Source of the DNA: Balanoglossus misakiensis
Lineage: Eukaryota; Animalia; Hemichordata
Assembly (NCBI GenBank): GCA_040954595.2
Contig: CM082584.2
Span: 3,662,110 to 3,726,109, forward strand
Direction of reading: 5' to 3'
DNA: 64,000 bases
A model generated the notes under the pieces. It had not been told where the DNA came from and did no database searches. It worked only from the letters and a program-made list of their open reading frames with translations. Positions 25,794 through 39,487 of this stretch are shown piece after piece. Every line of letters begins with the position of its first letter. The stretch's first letter is position 1. A program made the translations under genes and the position numbers.

Positions 25794-26907
25794 CATTCAT
25801 GTATATTATTCAATACAATGTTAATCTCCGCTTTCGTTTCCTGTGCTCTGGCAATGGAAATAAAATGGTGCGCCCGAAATCTTGCAGAAATTCTAGCTAT
25901 ATTGAAAAGTCTTGTTACGAATACGGCGCTTGTTCTACCCACATTTGCCAGTGCGTCACATCAATTATACGCTTCTGGTAAACAAGCCTTCAATTAAGGC
26001 CAGGGAGTGGTCTAAGATTAGACGGTTTGTCGATCAACAGTAGTTTGCATGAGCAGTCATCATTTTCTGCGAGTGTTAATTCCGATAATCGAACTTTCCT
26101 GCAAAGCCATCAGTGCTGGACTGTCAGCCATTGTCATTCAGTGACACTCCTGATAGTGTTAATTAGGCTTTAGACCTCCCTGGGTGAAAGCATTTGGTTG
26201 CGTGAATGACTTCTGCAGACGTGTGTGAATTCTCCACAATATAAAGCGCTTATTGGGAGTGTGGGAGACTGTATGCACATACATCATATTGGAACAGTCA
26301 ACATAAGCTCGTACTGAGTCGTATTACTATTAGATTTCGTGAATGTAGAAATATTTGCAAATTCATGAGTGTGCTGCCTGAATACGTCGTGACAATTGTC
26401 ATGTGCAACTGAAATCACGTGATATGATACAGAGAAAATGAATTAACCTCGTGATTATGTTAACAATGAATTTCGCCATTTTCAATCTATCAATGAATAA
26501 TGTGTAGTTGTGATTTATTATTCCGACATGAGCAAATATTCATTGGCACTGTGAATTCAAAATTCGCCAGCCACAATTTATAGATGATAATGGCTGCATG
26601 ACAACGCATGGGTGGCAATGGCATCGAAGAAAATGAATGGCGCATATTTTACACAGTTGTCACTTTATTTAAATATCAGACCCCCCCACACACACACACA
26701 CAGTGCAAAATACACCTTTTGTATGAGACAATCAGTCATGAAGAGGGGGATGGTAAATAAAGATGACCAAATGACGAAGTATTACAATGAAGACATTTTG
26801 TATTAGTATTTATAGGCACGGGGATTGAGTATATCGGTAGTTCTCTATTTGAAGGATGTGGTGGCCCTGAAAAGGGCCGTTTTGTATGTGTATGCTGAGC
26901 ATACGAT

Positions 26908-27273
26908 TTACTTGGAACTGGTGTATTTAGTGACGGCTTTGGTGCCCTCACTGACGGCGTGCTTGGCAAGTTCACCGGGCAGCAAGAGACGGACAGCGGT
27001 CTGGATTTCTCTGCTGGTGATGGTGGAACGCTTGTTGTATTGGGCCAAGCGGGAGGCTTCAGCGGCGATACGCTCGAAGATGTCGTTGACAAAGCTGTTC
27101 ATGATTGACATGGCTTTGGAGGAGACACCGGTATCGGGGTGGACCTGTTTCAGGACCTTGTAGATGTAGATACCATAACTTTCCTTCCTGCGTCTCTTTC
27201 TCTTTTTGTCCCCTGTACGTGTGGCTTTTGGCTGACCGGCCTTTTTAGCTGCTTTACCGCTTGATTTCGGCAT
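26908..27273 (-). CDS. H2B: Histone H2B (copy 1)
   Basis: [13 protein letters not shown]...[20 protein letters not shown]...[10 protein letters not shown]; stem-loop at ~26863-26878. Confidence 0.99.
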   Translation of the reverse strand: MPKSSGKAAKKAGQPKATRTGDKKRKRRRKESYGIYIYKVLKQVHPDTGVSSKAMSIMNSFVNDIFERIAAEASRLAQYNKRSTITSREIQTAVRLLLPGELAKHAVSEGTKAVTKYTSSK

Positions 27274-27319
27274 GGTGAACGATGGTGCAAAGTTTGGAAT
27301 GCCAAATTGGTGACATTTA

Positions 27320-27592
27320 CACAATATTTATATGCGAACAAATGCAAATGAAGGACTCTGGATGCAAGGCGCGAAATCCGACGAACGTGATTGCAGTCAA
27401 AGTGTAAATGGAAAAGACAATTGGCATATTAATTAAACATCCTATTGTTATCGTATCATTATCATCACAATAAGTGGAGATTTCATTCTGATTGGTTGGT
27501 GTTATTAGACTAGGATCCAAATAAACTGTATATAAGCTGTGAAAGTCGGTGAAAATCAACCTTTTTCATAAATATACATTAAACTAGAAAAT
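27320..27592. promoter_or_regulatory. Divergent H2B/H2A promoter (octamer, TATA boxes, CCAAT); here the H2A CDS is absent
   Basis: Minus strand CTTCATTTGCAT (octamer 27342-27349) followed by TATAAAT, as in vertebrate and sea-urchin H2B promoters. ATTGG boxes at ~27491 and plus-strand TATATAA at ~27529. Repeated at ~31728-31998, 48245-48515 and 59464-59734. Confidence 0.85.
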
Positions 27593-27732
27593 CCCTCAAT
27601 CTATCCACTGCCAATCCGTAGATCAGTCTATACATTTATCCACGTGCAACCCAACCACCCAATCCAGCCATCCACCTGTCCATACATACGTACGTACGCA
27701 CTCACGCACACGGACGCACACACGCACACACT

Positions 27733-27771
<39 letters not shown>

Positions 27772-29105
27772 ACACACACAAATGGCAGAGATGAGCGAAC
27801 AAATGGCAGAGATGGTCAAATTAGTGCCGATTTCTTCCTTTCGTGATTCATAATTTCCTTGGTGAATGATCCCTCTACATGATTACTGTCTTAGAAGCAC
27901 GTACGGCGTCTTTTTGAGAGACGCCCGTATTTTGGAGGGCCGGTCTGTGATTATAACGTGATAACTGCTTATGATGTCGACGATTCATATTCTTCGCAGC
28001 CATTGCCACCATCCCCAGGTCTCTGTCATTTAGTAAGACCCCAAAGATGTTTCTAGAAGTTTTGGCTGGCGACTGTTGATAGCAGATTGCTAGAAGTAAA
28101 TGTGTGATCGTGTAAAATAACTGATAACAAAAAAATTACACTCATGAGACTTGGAAATTCGAAGATAGCTTAATTCAAGGTTAGAATAATCACGAATTTA
28201 GTTCCTTCTGCCTGTTCGATATAACGTAATTTGCATAAGTAACAGGTCATGGCAGAATCACGCAGCACAGACATTGCAAATTGTTCTACATCAACGAGTA
28301 TGCTTATATGGAACGTTTGTGGTGATACAAGCTTATCTTGATTGTTCCGTGATGATGTACAGGTATATAAACAGTCCCCCCCACACACACACACACAGTC
28401 CCAATTGACGCTTTTATGTCAAGAATAAGCGTAAGACCAATATGGCCGACGAGATCTCGAAAATCACGAGACGAGCGCGAGATAAGCGTTTGGGGGCAGC
28501 ACGTCTGCTAAAGTCACACACTAAGGGAGGTCTACAGACTAATTGCCTCTTTTAGGAGTGTCACTGAATGACAATTTCTGACAGGCCAGCGTGTGATTGC
28601 TTTATTGAAGAAAAAATGGTTGTACTACCACATTCTCTCAAGGGAGAATGTAGTATCCCAAATCATCGACGTCAAACTGCGTTGGTCTTTTTGAGATAAT
28701 CATTGTCAATGGTACCGGTTCTTATATTGAGTTGACGGAAATTATAAACGTAGGAATGTGCTGGTTCGTTAAATCAATATAGGGTCTATATGTTGTATGC
28801 AAATACATCTTGTGCCACATCTTAGGCCATTAATTATAAAAAAATAATTTTCCTAGGGTTAGCATATTAATTGACACCCTGCTACGATGTGTTACTTCAT
28901 CAAAATCTGACCTTTTAGTGTTTCAGTTATGTAACATTGGGAATGCACCGCAGTTGTCTGTCAAATTCGACCTATGAAAGCTGAAAGAATAAAATTCATC
29001 GACAATAATACATGTACAAGTGTTATTCTACGGTAGTTCTCTTTTTGGAGGGTGTGGTGGCCCTGAAAAGGGCCGTTTTGTTTGGGTCCAGAAAAGGACG
29101 GTGCC

Positions 29106-29486
<381 letters not shown>

Positions 29487-29689
29487 TTACGAACGGGTAA
29501 GCGAGCATCGTGAAATGTATACAGTTTGTGGTAATTTGCAAAACAATGCATCTTTATAATAATATGTACTAGTACCACATTTACATTTGGCGATTATAGA
29601 ATTCGGAGTGCCCAATCAGAACACGTTTACAGCGAAATCCGCGCTTCATACAATACATGCAATACTCACATGCACGTTGGAGTGTGTGG

Positions 29690-30030
29690 TGTTGCGGTAT
29701 TTTAGATGAACAAGGTTCCTTAAATGATGTCTGACACGGACGACCAACGTAAAGTGCAAAAGGCGCGTTTATTGCAGTAATAGCCGATGTTAACTACTGA
29801 ACCGCTAGAACCCAACTGATGAGAAAATTTCCAATGTTGCAAAGGAACATGAGGCGGACGTAATAACAAGCACAAATTGCTACATAGAGGGGGTGAACTC
29901 GAAGTGTGATTGGGCGTAGTAATGAAAGTGCCTGATTGGCCCAAAGTGATCTCTATCAGGATCCGCATAGTGATGCAAGGATTTGGGTATACTATAGAAT
30001 GTTCAAATAACAGTTATTTGTTCTCCGACA
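29690..30030. mobile_element. Solo LTR (341 bp) upstream of H4 copy 2
   Basis: TGT...ACA termini; 5-bp TSD tgtgg (29685-29689 and 30031-30035); AATAAA on the minus strand at ~29768; empty site at ~24878. Confidence 0.85.
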
Positions 30031-31315
30031 TGTGGCGTGACTATGATATGCTAGTATCTTGGACGAGCGAAAGAGCGTGCCTCCAGCCAATAATTATAGA
30101 ATGTCAAAAAGTTTGTAGAATGAAAAAATAATCCGATATGTATATATTTTTGACTTATGAGAATCCTTTTGATATCAAATTACTGGTTAGAACGATTCAT
30201 TATCCATCGTATATTTTTAAATTCATTCATGTATATTATTCAATACAATGTTAATCTCCGCTTTCGTTTCCTGTTTGCTGGCAATGGAAATAAAATGGTG
30301 CGCCCGAAATCTTGCAGAACTTCTAGCTATATTGAAAAGTCTTGTTACGAATACAGCGCTTGTTCTACCCACATTTTTCAGTGCGTCACATCAATTATAC
30401 GCTTCTGGTAAACAAGCCTTCAATTAAGGCCAGGGAGTGGTCTAAGATTTGACGGTTTGTCGATCATTTTCTGCGAGTGTTAATTCCGATAATCGAACTT
30501 TCCTGCAAAGCCATCAGTGCTGGTCTGTCAGCCATTGTCATTCAGTGACACTCCTGATAGTGTTAATTAGGCTTTAGACCTCCCTCGGTGAAAGCATTGG
30601 GTGCGTGAATGACTTCTGCAGACGTGTGTGAATTCTCCACAATATAAAGCGCTTATTGGGAGTGTGGGAGACTGTATGCACATAAATCATATTGGAACAG
30701 TCAACATAAGCTCGTACTGAGTCGTATTACTATTAGATTTCGTGAATGTAGAAATATTTGCAAATTCATGAGTGTGCTGCCTGAATACGTCGTGACAATT
30801 GTCATGTGCAACTGAAATCACGTGGTATGAAACAGAGAAAAAGAACTAACCTCGTGATTATGTTAACAATGAATTTCGCCATTTTCAATCTACCAATGAA
30901 TAATGTGTAGTTGTGATTTATTATTCCAACATGAGCAAATATTCATTACATAGCACTGAGAAGTCGCCAGCCACAATTTCTAGATGATAATGGCTGCGTG
31001 GCGATGCATGGGTGGCAATGGCATCGAAGAAAATGAATGGCGCATATTTTACACGTTTGTCACTTTATTTAAATATCAGACCCCCCCCCCCCCACACACA
31101 CACACACACAGTGCAAAATACACCTTTTGTATGAGACAATCAGTCATGAAGAGGGGGATGGTAAATGAAGATGACCAAATGACGAAGTATTACAATGAAG
31201 ACATTTTGTATTAGTATTTATAGGCACGGGGATTGAGTATATCGGTAGTTCTCTATTTGAAGGATGTGGTGGCCCTGAAAAGGGCCGTTTTGTATGTGTA
31301 TGCTGAGCATACGAT

Positions 31316-31681
31316 TTACTTGGAACTGGTGTATTTAGTGACGGCTTTGGTGCCCTCACTGACGGCGTGCTTGGCAAGTTCACCGGGCAGCAAGAGACGG
31401 ACAGCGGTCTGGATTTCTCTGCTGGTGATGGTGGAACGCTTGTTGTATTGGGCCAAGCGGGAGGCTTCAGCGGCGATACGCTCGAAGATGTCGTTGACAA
31501 AGCTGTTCATGATTGACATGGCTTTGGAGGAGACACCGGTATCGGGGTGGACCTGTTTCAGGACCTTGTAGATGTAGATACCATAACTTTCCTTCCTGCG
31601 TCTCTTTCTCTTTTTGTCCCCTGTACGTGTGGCTTTTGGCTGACCGGCCTTTTTAGCTGCTTTACCGCTTGATTTCGGCAT
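31316..31681 (-). CDS. H2B: Histone H2B (copy 2)
   Basis: Same protein as copy 1; stem-loop present. Confidence 0.99.
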   Translation of the reverse strand: MPKSSGKAAKKAGQPKATRTGDKKRKRRRKESYGIYIYKVLKQVHPDTGVSSKAMSIMNSFVNDIFERIAAEASRLAQYNKRSTITSREIQTAVRLLLPGELAKHAVSEGTKAVTKYTSSK

Positions 31682-31995
31682 GGTGAACGATGGTGCAAAG
31701 TTTGGAATGCCAGATTGGTGACATTTACACAATATTTATATGCGAACAAATGCAAATGAAGGACTCTGGATGCAAGGCGCGAAATCCGACGAACGTGATT
31801 GCAGCCAAAGTGTAAATGGAAAAGGCAATAGGCATATTAATTAAACATCCTATTGTTATCGTATCATTATCATCACAATAAGTGGAGATTTCATTCTGAT
31901 TGGTTGGTGTTATTAGACTAGGATCCAAATAAACTGTATATAAGCTGTGAAAGTCGGTGAAAATCAACCTTTCTCATAAATATATACTAAACTAG

Positions 31996-32376
<381 letters not shown>

Positions 32377-32405
32377 TTCGTATGCCCAACATACATGTAC
32401 AAAAC

Positions 32406-32449
32406 GGCCCTTTTCAGGGCCACCACATCCTCCAAAAAGAGAACTACCG
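32406..32449 (+). terminator. H2A 3' stem-loop plus HDE
   Basis: GGCCCTTTTCAGGGCC-accacatcctcc-AAAAAGAGAACTACCG. Confidence 0.95.
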
Positions 32450-33441
32450 TAACGACAATTTTTCTATTTTTTTCTATATTGAATAAACATGTCCGACTAA
32501 CTCCGTGTTCGACCGACACTTTCCACCATTGTCGATATTCGAAAACACGATTTGAACGCTATTTACATGTAATATGCATGTGCATGCCGTCTGATGCACC
32601 TTTTACGGTACTCAATATGTTTCAGTTGTATTTTAGAATACGAGTTACAATGTACCAGGATGTTATTGAAGCCATGGTCTTACTAGAAACACAAAAATGT
32701 CATCGTGCTAGATTATTTTATTGAAAAGTTGTGTTAATTTAAGCTAATTAATTAACAATAATTGTCAAAAATGTATTTTACTCATAGAATATTAATGTCA
32801 TGTTATTTAGTTCTTTCATAAAACTATTATTATCTTACTCAGTGCACAAAATTGATCAACAGTATTACTGAAAGCAGAATTGGAACACACATTTCTGGGT
32901 TGAAAAGTCATCAAAATATAGAGTACCATGAGAGGTCAAACGTCATGAAAGTGCCACATTTATTTTTTTCACAGGAGAGCTCCTTTTTGTCCAAGAGTTA
33001 CTATTTTTTTTCAGTCCAATCATGCAGGCCTTTACCTTTTTACCACCATGGTTAGGTCCTGCTCAATTGTACTGAATGAGAAAGGTTGACCTCTCTACAG
33101 GGAATTGGGGGTGGGAGGGAGGGAGTGAAAGAGTCAAATGTCTGTATATTTCCTGTTCGTGATAACTTTTTAAATAAATGTTTTTCAACACATAAGTATA
33201 TGTTTGTTGATATTTGACTTTATTGTGCTTTTACGAATGTTAAATACCTTTTTTCATGTCTGCGTCCGATATTTATATTTTAGGCAGCTCGAGAAATCTC
33301 CTTTTTGTGCAGATATTTGCCGTTGAGGGCGCACTAAGTTTGCATACTGTGTGGGCGAAAGTTTAATGCCGATATTTTTTACGATGTATTTTGTTTAAAA
33401 ACAAACATATGAATGGAATAAAGAATGTTTTATAAACACTA

Positions 33442-33835
<394 letters not shown>

Positions 33836-34205
33836 TTAAAAAAAATGATTTTCATGGACTTTCACAGCTTATAGACAGTTTATTTGGATCCTAGTCTAAT
33901 AACACCAACCAATCAGAATGAAATCTCCACTTGTGGCTCAGGATTCCAGACCTCATACCGCCAGTGGCGACGAGGTCTGGGAGCGAGACTAGCTGAACCC
34001 CAGCGAGAAATGCTGATAACTATCAGGATATGATTCTCACAGATCCGGGTTTATAAAAGAAAGTATAGTGTTAGCAACTTACAGGGTGGCAGCACGTGGT
34101 ATTTGACCCAGAAAAGTTTAATTTATATAGGTGTGCTAAATCAGAACGACAATTGCAGGCAAGTCTCGGGAATCTTATGGGTATTCGTACTGATGGGTTC
34201 TACAG

Positions 34206-34697
34206 TAGACTCTCTTACAGCCCCTCTCGTCGTCCATGCAGGCTTATATCCACGGCTTTTCAAGTACCTGTTGCACCTAGACTCTCTCACAGCCCACGGT
34301 TCGCTACAATAAGGCTCTTCACTGACTAGACTCTCTCACAGCCCCTCTCGTCGTCCATGCAGGCTTATATCCACGGCTTTTCAAGTACCTGTTGCACCTA
34401 GACTCTCTCACAGCCCACGGTTCGCTACAATAAGGCTCTTCACTGACTAGACTCTCTCACAGCCCCTCTCGTCGTCCATGCAGGCTTATATCCACGGCTT
34501 TTCAAGTACCTGTTGAACCTAGACTCTCTCACAGCCCACGGTTCGCTATAATAAGGCTCTTCACTGACTAGACTCTCTCACAGCCCCTCTCGTCGTCCAT
34601 GAAGGCTTATATCCACGGCTTTTCAAGTACCTGTTGAACCTAGACTCTCTCACAGCCCACGGTTCGCTACAATAAGGCTCTTCACTGACTAGACTCT
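34206..34697. repeat. Tandem array, 4 x 121 bp, each unit made of two subunits starting TAGACTCTCTCACAGCCC
   Basis: Unit starts at 34206, 34327, 34448, 34569 and partially at 34690. Confidence 0.95.
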
Positions 34698-36297
34698 AGC
34701 CGTGGATATTTTGGTGTACTTTCATCATTCCAGATTTAATGGATTATTTTCCCTCTGTAATTATTTTCCTCCATGAAGCAATACTCCGAAAGACCGGTGT
34801 GACCTAACTTTCCAAAGGATTTGTTTATGCATACTGAGTTAACAATAGTAAAGCGTGATCATATTTCAACCGCAATTCAATTTATGGGTTAATAATCTCC
34901 TCTTAGTTTCAACAAACTCACTCTTTGTGTCGTTGTTTTGCCCACTTCGGACGTTTCGATTTGATTTACGGCTCCAACCTACGTCGAGTTTGTTGGTTTA
35001 TATAAAGAGGTATTCAGGAAACATATTTGCAAATGTATGTGTTAGTGACCCACTAAAAATAAGCGGTCTGTCTTAAACTACATGTGCGTAACTATCGACG
35101 CCACCAAACATGCCAGTAGACAGGTAAGAAGAAAAACGGTTTTATACATTTGGGCTTTAGGATCTTTACAATTATCTTGGTGTGTGTGAGTGTTTTTATG
35201 CGTGGATGGTGGTTCCATGTGTCACTTTCCGGTGAGAGAGAGGGAGACGAGATTCATTCAGTTGAGCTGACACTTGGCGTGAATTATGAAAAGTCCATCG
35301 AGATGTCGTCAGATTGGCTTCCCTAACAACGGTCCCGCATCGTTCCTAGCTCTTCAGTATTAATCTCTTTTCAACTGTGCGCTATGAAGATTAGGTAATG
35401 GGTCTAGTGCAATAAATACACAACGGCTCACATTCTTTATCAACTTTGTATACAAGCAAATGAATAGTTAATGCGAGAACCAGGGACTGAAAAATACCCC
35501 TTGAAAGATAGTGACAGAACGTCAGAGCATTGACCTATGGTGGACAAATGTATTATACCCGGAAATGAGTCAGAATGTGAATAAAGTTACTAAACGACAG
35601 TCGAAATCTCCACAGGAGTACTACAGTCACGGGACATTTAGCGTATCATGTACAATTATTCTTAATTTACTTATGGCATGTCTTGGTATTCAAATGACCG
35701 TTTGGTGAGGAGCATTTCACCTTGCAATGGCCACCCTGCTAAAATCTGTAATTGGCAACAACTTGACTTATTATTGTAGCTGTGACAGAGACACGTACCC
35801 ATAAAGATAGTAATTTACTTTGTAGACAACTTAGTCTCCAAAAGGCCATGAAAGTTACCATAGCTTGAAGGTTCCAGAAAGCCAGACTTACTAACGACAT
35901 CTATGATTTAAAAAGACTCAGTCAGACACACACACAGTTTTCTCCTGCATTAACTTTTATTTGACTTTTCCACTGGGATATAAAAGCTGCATCCATAATA
36001 TCCAATTATTTTCAACAAGCTGCATAAATTCGAGTAATAAAGGTGCTACATCATACATCAAAATGACATTATTTTTTACTAAAGCAGAAATTAAAATTGT
36101 CAGACGCAAACTATTACAGGATTTGCAAACGATATTACAACATGCAGGCTAGCCTAAATTGAATACATAAAGTTGGCCAAACGCATGATCATCTCTAAGG
36201 CTTGCGGTCTCGACTAATAAAACATTGAATATAATATTACATCGGCACATGAACATGCGAACATCGGCGTCGACGTAATCTTAGTCGCGGTACTTAG

Positions 36298-38460
36298 TTA
36301 GTAATAACACCGCACGATGTACCAGCACCGACGGAAATAACACAGGCCATACCAGCAGTGGTAGTAGTAGTACCTGCAGTACCTGAACCAGTAGCAGCCG
36401 CGTTTATCTCGATCTGGCAAAGAAAACACAACTTGAGCTGGTTAATTGTGCATTCGCCAATGTGCAGTGTGTCACCGGGTTTATGCAATCTGCCATGCGC
36501 AGTAATAACGATGTGTTAGAATACTGTACAACGAAATCTTGCTTTCAAATGTCACGTTCCACAAAATCTCGAATGTGCCACCTACTTTCATCTCCGTGGG
36601 GAACTGACGCCAGCCAGTAGATGTCTCTGCCTTCACATTTTGCTCCGATGGTTTCACCGACGACAGCGCGATTTTTGACCGGAGTGCCGGCCAGTGTGTA
36701 GTAGTCATCCGGTTTTTCCTCGGCATCTGCAGTTGTCTCCTGAAGCGAAAAGAGCAACGGTTACGTCGAAGTAACATATGGATTTTTAACTTAAAAAAAT
36801 ATGGTTTCTCGATAGGAATTGCTAGCACAGTAATGACAGACGATTTTTTTAGGTGGTGCGTTAAAAATTTGCCATTTACAAATTAACACGATGGGTCATG
36901 TGTTCATTAACTTGTGCTACAATAGAATTTCTTCCCCCATATACTGCCTAGTCACGCGAGATCTTGCATGGTCTCGTTGAGTTCGGAAAATGGTCTATTT
37001 TCACAGCAAAACTCGCCACAGTAGGCGATTGACTACATGACAACGCCTTTTACTGCATTCACCTTTGCGCTTTCGATATCAGTTTTCAACTGTGCAGGCG
37101 GGACACTCTCATCACTCTTCAACGGTTTCACGTAACACGGACCGTTAGCGGGCACTACGGCCTCAATTCCCTGAACACGAAAAAGAAAACATCGAATGTG
37201 AAATATATATTTAAAGCGCCAAGAATGTCTGTTACATCAAGTGGTCTGTTATATGTAAGCAGTTACGATCATTGCACCAAGCCAATGGAATGACTTCTCG
37301 TCAGATCTGTCCAGAAATTCATGTTCCTGATTGAGCAAAATATTTCGTTCAGGTGGAATTAAATATTCGTTTAAGAGAGTAAACTTGTAACGGAGTTTTG
37401 ATCTTCAGTTTGATGATAATGCCATCGTATCTAGTTTAATGCTTCATGCAAATAGTCTCTAATTCTAACTGGTGTGGATACTCTTCCTTAAAAAAAGTTT
37501 GAAAATTGGTGTCTTGCTCATTCCAGAATAACATACATTTTAAAGCTAACATTGTAGGTCTTTAGTGAGCAGGATCCATGTAATCGGTTGCGTTGAAGGT
37601 TGGAAACCGGTGGAAGACTTTAAAGTTGTTTCATTATCTGTGTGCTGTCTCACTTACCGCATCAAAATCTTCAATTATCTCGGCATCATCCGAATCGACA
37701 GTTTTGAATATTTCTACGTTCTTCTCTTCGTCAACAGTGATCTCGTCTTCCTTCTCAACGCCTTTGTCATTAATTTTCACGGAGTACGTGTTACTCTATA
37801 AACGGGAAAGGAAAAAAATAACAGTCGATAGGAGTGTAGCAGAGATACAAAAGAGGAAAGAACTATATTCTACACACACTGAAAACAAAACGAACACTTG
37901 TCAATAAAGTACCCACAGTAGGAATAATGTCATCAGAGTTTTGCTCGGTGCGATTTTCATCGATAGAATATGCGACATACGTGTATAATTTGAGAACGAG
38001 AGTACGTAACGTACACGAACTCATATGAATTTGTTTCCGAGTTATAAATTGATAGAAAGTGACACTCGCTCTCGCGTTTAGAAATGGCGTTATACCAAAA
38101 GGGAGTTTTTAGCCTTAATGAAGAAACCAATTTCTGGTTTTGACTAAAAACAATGATACAAAAATATTGTTTAAATTGCCAACTTTATGTGAATATATAC
38201 AGTTTGTGGAGATTTCCAAGTCGTCTTCGATGATGAATATTTGCAATAAAGGAATTCAACTGTGCGAAAACTTACATACAGACAACGAAACCGGGTCGGC
38301 GTATAAAACCATGTTAAACTGTAGGTGGTCTTCTCAAAGCTGAGAAAATGAAATACATTTAGATGGATTAAATGAATACCTTTGGTGCATCTGACTCTGT
38401 AGGGGCAGATTGCACGGTGGCCAACAACAGGCAAGAAATGAGAATCACCAAAGTTTTCAT
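36298..38460 (-). CDS. BRICHOS-domain prepropeptide, 198 aa, with a C-terminal 33-aa Cys/Tyr/Arg-rich putative antimicrobial peptide
   Basis: Five GT-AG exons in frame with no stops: 38460-38380 (MKTLVILISCLLLATVQSAPTESDAPK); 37795-37658 (SNTYSVKINDKGVEKEDEITVDEEKNVEIFKTVDSDDAEIIEDFDA); 37170-37063 (GIEAVVPANGPCYVKPLKSDESVPPAQLKTDIESAK); 36739-36586 (ETTADAEEKPDDYYTLAGTPVKNRAVVGETIGAKCEGRDIYWLASVPHGDE); 36413-36298 (NRDKR-GCYWFRYCRYYYYHCWYGLCYFRRCWYIVRCYY, stop). The DF..G....CYV and C.G..IYWL motifs are BRICHOS hallmarks. TATAAA at ~38545-38550. Confidence 0.9.
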
Positions 38461-39231
38461 GATGCTGTCTCTGCCGGTTTCTTCTCAGGTAGATGATGAA
38501 GCTAACAAAGTTAATTCTGGTTTTCTCCCTGCACCTTGCTGCATTTATATACCTTAGTCTGACCAAGATACGTGCGAAAATAATTTCCTGGTGGCAGGAA
38601 GCCAACAGGAAAAGTCGGTAGGTATCCGGGTGTACTACTAAAACAATCCGGGTTTGAAAAAAAAAACGTTGGGTTTTATTGAAATTTATTATAGTGAAAT
38701 CAACCTAAAGTTAACAAGGAGAATGCTTTGATTCATTACATACTTTCTGTCGCGGAAAACAGAACGAAGAAATGTTAAATTTTCAAAGTGTTGCCATGGT
38801 CAGAGGTTTCTTAGTAACAACTGCATTCGGAATTTATGATATTGCAGGTGTTTTCAACGTCAACAACATCTACAGCAATGAAAGTTGATGACACCAGTTC
38901 ACATGTTTACTGTCACAACGATAAATAAAAAACGCAGTCGACTGCCGTGTCGGATTTAAACTTTAGGTCGCTTTTAACAACTACCACGACAAAACAGTAC
39001 TGAGCAACGTCCAATGTTTCTGACACTTGGCTTGTAGTGAACCTACAGTACTTTTCTTGAAATTCATCGACAAATGGCAAAAAACCTGTCACATTCCTGA
39101 CTTCCCACCATAATAACAGTCAAGGAGGGGAAAATGTTTTTTACGCAGAAGCTCCATTTTCTGCAGCGATACGGTCGTATTGCAGTGAACACAGCTAGAT
39201 CTGAAAGAAGCCGTGCATGTTGATGCCTTAA

Positions 39232-39487
39232 GGGACCATTCAGTTTTTACGGACGGGGGGAGCGGCAAAATCCGGGGGGGGGATCACTTAAACTTTCAAG
39301 TCCAAAAGGGGGGGTCATCTGGGTTTTTAAACGTTTAAGGGGGGGGGAGTCATCATATTTTTGGGTCTGTCAAAGGGGGGGGGTCATCATTTTTTGCTCC
39401 TGGGTGAAGGGGGGGTTGGCCTGGTTTTGAAAACCGATGACACAAACTTGCCGCCCCCTCCCCCGGCCGTAAAAACTGAACGGTCCC
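39232..39487. mobile_element. PIF/Harbinger-type MITE
   Basis: TIR gggaccattcagtttttacgg / ccgtaaaaactgaacggtccc; TAA on both sides. Confidence 0.88.

Noticed and set aside
34206-34697. CRISPR-like array (18-bp repeat with intervening sequences)
   Set aside because: The intervening sequences alternate between two fixed sequences rather than being unique; no cas genes; eukaryotic context.
36294-36488. ORF ...NAAATGSGTAGTTTTTAGMACV... as the last BRICHOS exon
   Set aside because: The preceding exon ends in phase 1, which selects the RDKR-GCYWF frame. The Thr/Ala frame would need a phase-0 junction.
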